This document shows positions 26,201 to 30,410 of a stretch of 30,410 nucleotides of DNA, one piece after another. Location: positions 1 through 30,410 of the forward strand of contig JAZDOG010000083.1 in the NCBI GenBank assembly GCA_043798915.1, in the 5' to 3' direction. The number at the start of each line of letters is the position of its first letter. The stretch's first letter is position 1. Under the pieces are notes generated by a model. That model did not search any database. It was not told the DNA's origin and worked only from the letters and a program-made list of their open reading frames with translations. A program made the translations under genes and the position numbers. The DNA is from Pseudomonadota bacterium. GTDB taxonomy: Bacteria > UBA10199 > 2-02-FULL-44-16 > JAAZCA01.

Positions 26201-27136
26201 ATGATTCACGTCGAACAGCTTCATAAAAATTTCGGTCCGGTCCGCGCGGTCGACGGCGTCTCCTTCGATGTCGCCCGCGGCGAGGTCGTGGGGCTTCTGG
26301 GGCCAAACGGCGCCGGGAAGACGACGACGATGCGCATCATCACCGGCTATCTCGCGGCCGAGAGGGGAAAGGTCGCGGTGGACGGCATCCCCGTCGAAGA
26401 GGGCCAGATCGAGGCGCGCCGCCGCATCGGCTATCTCCCCGAGAACGCGCCGATCTATCACGACCTCGAGGTCACAGAATATCTGAACTACATAGCGAAG
26501 CTTCGCGGCGTCGGTGCGGCTGAAAGGCCGTCGAGCATCAGGGAGATGGTGGATACGTGCGGCCTGGGGCAAGTGATGGGGAGGCCTATCGGGGAGCTCT
26601 CCAAGGGATACCGCCAGCGCGTTGGGCTCGCGGCCGCGATGATCCACCGCCCGCCGATACTGATCCTCGACGAACCGACCTCCGGGCTGGACCCGAACCA
26701 GATAGTCGAGATCAGGGGTCTCATAAAGGAGATCGGCCACGAGCGGACGGTCGTGCTCTCGACGCACATCCTTCAGGAGGTCGAGGCCACCTGCTCGCGG
26801 GCTCTCATCATCAGCTCCGGTAAACTCGTGGGGGAGGGAACGATTGAGGAACTCCTGCACCGAGGCGGCGCTCACCACGCGAGCTACACGGTCGCCGTGC
26901 GCGCAGGCCGGGAAGCTGTGGAGAGGGACATCGCGGGGATCGCGGGGCTTGCTCTTGGCGAGTGGCTGTCGGAGCCCAGGGACGAGCGCCAGCGCTTCAC
27001 GCTCTCAGGCGACGGCGCCGATCGCTCGGAGGATATCTTCAAGTGGGCAGTGGGCTGCGGTTTGGTGCTCTCGGAGCTCAAGCGCGAGAGCGCATCGCTC
27101 GAAGAGGTGTTCAGGGAGCTGACGCAGGGCACATGA
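26201..27136 (+). CDS. ABC transporter ATP-binding protein (GldA-like)
   Basis: GPNGAGKTT, LSKGYRQRV, ILDEPTSGLDP and STH. Start taken at ATG 26201. Confidence 0.95.
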   Translation: MIHVEQLHKNFGPVRAVDGVSFDVARGEVVGLLGPNGAGKTTTMRIITGYLAAERGKVAVDGIPVEEGQIEARRRIGYLPENAPIYHDLEVTEYLNYIAKLRGVGAAERPSSIREMVDTCGLGQVMGRPIGELSKGYRQRVGLAAAMIHRPPILILDEPTSGLDPNQIVEIRGLIKEIGHERTVVLSTHILQEVEATCSRALIISSGKLVGEGTIEELLHRGGAHHASYTVAVRAGREAVERDIAGIAGLALGEWLSEPRDERQRFTLSGDGADRSEDIFKWAVGCGLVLSELKRESASLEEVFRELTQGT

Positions 27137-27140
27137 ACTT

Positions 27141-27857
27141 ATGAAACCAATTTTTACAATAGCCCGCCGCGAATTCTCGGCATACTTCACGAGCCCGATC
27201 GCATACGTCTATCTCATCACGTTCCTCGTGATCGCCAACTGGCTCTTCTTCCGCGCATTCTTCCTCATAGGCCAATCCGACATGCGCGCGTTCTTCGCGA
27301 TCATGCCGTGGATATTCCTCTTCTTCGTTCCGGCGGTGGCCATGGGCAAGTGGGCCGAGGAGAGAAAACAGGGGACGCTCGAGATACTCTTCACGCTGCC
27401 GATCCGCGACCGGGACATCGTTATCGCAAAGTTCGCGGCTGGACTCGCCCTCATCGCCTCGGCGCTCCTTCTCACCGTCCCGGTCGCCGTGACCGTGGCG
27501 CTCCTGGGGGACATGGACTGGGGCCCGGTCATCGGCGGCTATGCGGGGCTCATCCTGCTCGGCGGCGCATACCTGGCTATCGGCCTTGTGGTCTCCGCCC
27601 TCACGGAGAACCAGATCATCGCCTTCATCGTCGGGGTCGCCGTCTGTTTCCTGATGCTCATCGTCGGGACGTCCATGGTGGTGGGCGGCGCGTCGAACCT
27701 CCTCACCCAGGCGCTGCAGTACCTGGGGCTTGCGACGCATTTTGAATCGATAGGCCGTGGCGTTGTCGACAGCCGCGACATCATCTATTATCTTTCGGTG
27801 ATCGGCTTCTTCCTCTTTTTGAACCTCAAGGTGCTTGAGACGAGGGCGAGGCGATGA
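27141..27857 (+). CDS. ABC-2 type permease (GldF-like)
   Basis: 238 aa, multiple TM segments; RREFSAYFTSPIAY, WAEERKQGTLEILFTLP and SALTENQI. Confidence 0.93.
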   Translation: MKPIFTIARREFSAYFTSPIAYVYLITFLVIANWLFFRAFFLIGQSDMRAFFAIMPWIFLFFVPAVAMGKWAEERKQGTLEILFTLPIRDRDIVIAKFAAGLALIASALLLTVPVAVTVALLGDMDWGPVIGGYAGLILLGGAYLAIGLVVSALTENQIIAFIVGVAVCFLMLIVGTSMVVGGASNLLTQALQYLGLATHFESIGRGVVDSRDIIYYLSVIGFFLFLNLKVLETRARR

Positions 27858-29431
27858 TGACAATGAAGCGAACAAACGCGCTTATCACGATTCTCACGGT
27901 TTTGATCGTGCTCCTGGCGGCGAACTTTCTCATCTCGCGCCATCCTCTGCGCCTCGACCTGACCCAGAAGCGGTTGTACACGCTCTCCGACTCGACGAAG
28001 AAGATACTCAAGGGCCTGGACGACGTCGTCACGGTCCGCGTCTACTTCACGACCGATCTCCCGCCGGCGATGCAGTCGCTTCGCCGCGACGTGGACGACC
28101 TGCTCTCCGAGTTCAAGGGCTTTGGCGGGTCGAGGCTCCAGATAGAGTTCATCGACCCGGGCTCCTCCGTGATGGAGGAGCAGAAGGTGTCGATGATGGG
28201 CATCCCGCCTGTCCAGGTGAACGTCGTCGAGCGCGACAAGCAGTCCGTCGCGAAGATATATCTCGGCATGGCCGTCATGTTTGGCGACAAGCAGCAGGTG
28301 ATCCCGGTCGTGCGCGACGCCGACAATCTGGAGTACGACCTCTCCGAGGCGATCATCAAGGTGTCGACGAAGGAGCTGCCGAGGATAGCGTGGTGGGAGC
28401 CGGGCCGCGGCGAGGCGCCGGAGGGAGAGGGCTTTTCGCTCATCGAGAACGCGATGTCGCGCCGCTACAGCGTGGTGCATCTGCAGGGCAAGGACCTGGC
28501 CGACCTCGATGCGAAGAAATTCGCCGCGCTCGTGCTGGCCTCGCCCAGGAAGATGTCGGACGATGAGATATTCGCCTTCGACCAGTATCTCATGGGCGGG
28601 GGAAAGGTCATCGCGCTGGTCGACCGGTTCGATGTGGGGGCGCAGCTGAACCTCATTCCATTGGAGACCTCCGCGGCCGATCCCGTCGCCCACTATGGGG
28701 CCGAGGTCGAGGATTCGGTGGTCGCCGATCAGTCTAACGCCATGGCCGCCTTCTCTGGCGGGGTCGTGACGTATCATGTTCCTTATGCCTATTGGCCCCA
28801 GATCAGGCGCGAACAGTTCATCAGGACGGAGCCGATCGTCGCGGGCCTCGAGGCCGTCGTCCTGCCCTGGACGAGCCCGATCAAACTCTCATCCAGCGGG
28901 GCGAACGACCGTTCGGAGAAAGCGATTGCGGTGAGCACGGAGCTGGCGGTGGCCGTGCCGGAGAATGAGGCGAGGCTCGATCCCCAGTCGGCGAACGGCG
29001 CCCTGATTCATGGAGAGCGGGGTTCGAAGACTTTTCTGGCGCTCCTCTCCGGTCCGTTCGGCAGCTACTTCGCGCCGGGCAAGTCTGTTCCCCCAAAGGG
29101 GCGCCAGGTCATAGCCGAGAGCGTTCCTGGCGCCCGCCTCTTCGTCGCCGGTTCGTCGCGCTGGGTCTCGGACCGCGTCCTGCAGACCTTTCCGCAGAAC
29201 GCGGCGCTCTTCCAGAACGCGCTCGACGCATTCGCTATGGGCGATCTCCTGATAGGCATACGCTCCCGCGAAGGCGTTTCGCGTCCGGTGGCGATTCTCT
29301 CGGATGGCGCGCGCGCGATCGTCAAATATTCAAACCTTGTCGTCGGCCCGCTGGTCGTCGTGGCGATCGGCCTCGTTCTATATATGATCCGTCGCTCGCG
29401 CCGGCGGGCGATACAGGCGATGTATAAATGA
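27854..29431 (+). CDS. GldG-like ABC auxiliary component
   Basis: N-terminal TM, RLDLTQKRLYTLSDSTK, EFIDP, LEYDLSEAI, DQYLMGGG and a C-terminal TM. Confidence 0.9.
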   Translation: MMTMKRTNALITILTVLIVLLAANFLISRHPLRLDLTQKRLYTLSDSTKKILKGLDDVVTVRVYFTTDLPPAMQSLRRDVDDLLSEFKGFGGSRLQIEFIDPGSSVMEEQKVSMMGIPPVQVNVVERDKQSVAKIYLGMAVMFGDKQQVIPVVRDADNLEYDLSEAIIKVSTKELPRIAWWEPGRGEAPEGEGFSLIENAMSRRYSVVHLQGKDLADLDAKKFAALVLASPRKMSDDEIFAFDQYLMGGGKVIALVDRFDVGAQLNLIPLETSAADPVAHYGAEVEDSVVADQSNAMAAFSGGVVTYHVPYAYWPQIRREQFIRTEPIVAGLEAVVLPWTSPIKLSSSGANDRSEKAIAVSTELAVAVPENEARLDPQSANGALIHGERGSKTFLALLSGPFGSYFAPGKSVPPKGRQVIAESVPGARLFVAGSSRWVSDRVLQTFPQNAALFQNALDAFAMGDLLIGIRSREGVSRPVAILSDGARAIVKYSNLVVGPLVVVAIGLVLYMIRRSRRRAIQAMYK

Positions 29432-30410
29432 GTCCAAACAAACGCCCACTGATTTACCTGGCCGTCGCAATTGTGGCGGCGCTCGCGATACTCGTCATCG
29501 AAGGGCCGGAGAGGTTTCGCCCGGGCGGGTCGTCGGAAAACTATTTCATCCCCGATTTCGACAGCGCGAACGTGACGAGGGTGGAGGTGGACCAGCTCGT
29601 CGATGGCGTCGTCCTCGAGCGCGAGGGCGAAGGGTGGAAGGTGTCGGAACTCGTGACGCCGATGAAGAAGGGGCTCCTCGAGAAGGAAGGCCGGCCTCTG
29701 CCTGAGACAAAATGGCGCGCGGCTGACCGCACGCGAATCAACTCGGCGCTCGGTTCCTTCGGCGGCCTGGCTGAGGGCGTCCTCGTCTCCGAGAATCCCG
29801 AGAAACAGGCGCTCTATCAGGCGAGCGATGTCTTGGGCCTCAAGGTCCGCGCGCTGGGCGCGGAAGGAAAGCCCATCGTCGACGTCGTCATCGGAAAGAG
29901 CGGCCCGGACTTCGAGAGCACATACGTGAGGAAGGCAGGGGAGGGCCGTGTCTATCTCGTGCGCCGCGCCCTCGTCGGGATGTTCTCTTCCAGGGCGGAC
30001 GACTGGCGGGAGAAAAAGCTCTGGACGATCGATCCGAAGACTGTTTCGGGCGTGGAAGTTTCGTCGCCCAAGGGCAGCTGGAGGATGACGAAGGCGGAGG
30101 GCGGCGAGTGGGGCCTCGCCTTGCCCGCAGGCGGCGCATTCGATGCCGCGGCGGCCGGCGCTCTCGCAGGAAAGCTCTCCGGTCTCAGGGCCCAGGGTTT
30201 TGCGGACGATGCGGATGAAAAGATCGCCGGATTGGAAACCCCCTCGCTGACCCTCGCCGTGTCATATGGGGCGGACAAGTCGGTGAAGCTCTTCGTGGGC
30301 AAGGAGATGGCCGAGGCCGGCAAGAAGGACGAAAAATCCAGGAGATACTACGCGAAGCTGGAAGGCAGCGGCCAAATATATCTCATCCCCAAATCGCTCG
30401 TCGATTCGAT
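29428..30410 (+). CDS. DUF4340-like membrane-anchored protein, runs off the window end
   Basis: ATGA overlap with the previous stop. MSPNKRPLIYLAVAIVAALAILVI TM anchor, then repeated units such as VIGKSGPDFESTYVRKAGEGRVYLV. This is the usual fourth gene of GldA/F/G-like operons. Confidence 0.8.
   Translation, partial: MSPNKRPLIYLAVAIVAALAILVIEGPERFRPGGSSENYFIPDFDSANVTRVEVDQLVDGVVLEREGEGWKVSELVTPMKKGLLEKEGRPLPETKWRAADRTRINSALGSFGGLAEGVLVSENPEKQALYQASDVLGLKVRALGAEGKPIVDVVIGKSGPDFESTYVRKAGEGRVYLVRRALVGMFSSRADDWREKKLWTIDPKTVSGVEVSSPKGSWRMTKAEGGEWGLALPAGGAFDAAAAGALAGKLSGLRAQGFADDADEKIAGLETPSLTLAVSYGADKSVKLFVGKEMAEAGKKDEKSRRYYAKLEGSGQIYLIPKSLVDS

Overview
Bacterial genomic window, probably from a GC-rich deltaproteobacterial-type lineage (inferred from gene content). 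It has two halves. (1) Positions 1-15400 form a defence island at the 3' side of aspS. It holds the leader end of a type I-E CRISPR array and a complete minus-strand cas operon (cas3-cas8e-cas11-cas7-cas5-cas6e-[Bro-N gene]-cas1-cas2). It also holds a divergent Pif1-like helicase with a C-terminal WYL domain, a low-GC type II R-M cassette (HTH controller, putative endonuclease, C5 methyltransferase) bracketed by two inverted ~220-bp highly palindromic elements, a remnant of an HD-hydrolase gene, and a second copy of the Bro-N gene. (2) Positions 15408-30410 look like core genome: aspS, hisS, a lipoprotein with a SleB-like hydrolase domain, a type IV pilus-associated cluster (ExeA-like ATPase, SgmX-like TPR, TPR, HTH, pilD) without pilMNOPQ, a zinc-ribbon gene, mtnA, a kinase-dCMP deaminase fusion and a GldA/F/G-like ABC operon with a partial DUF4340-like gene. 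The most notable unexplained structures are four: a Bro-N gene translationally coupled to cas1 with a paralog 12 kb away; an identical 18-bp palindromic motif upstream of both the cas operon and the Bro-N paralog; relic cas3/cas6 fragments at both edges of the interference module; and the nested-hairpin repeats flanking the R-M cassette. All family calls come from motif recognition by eye; no searches were run.
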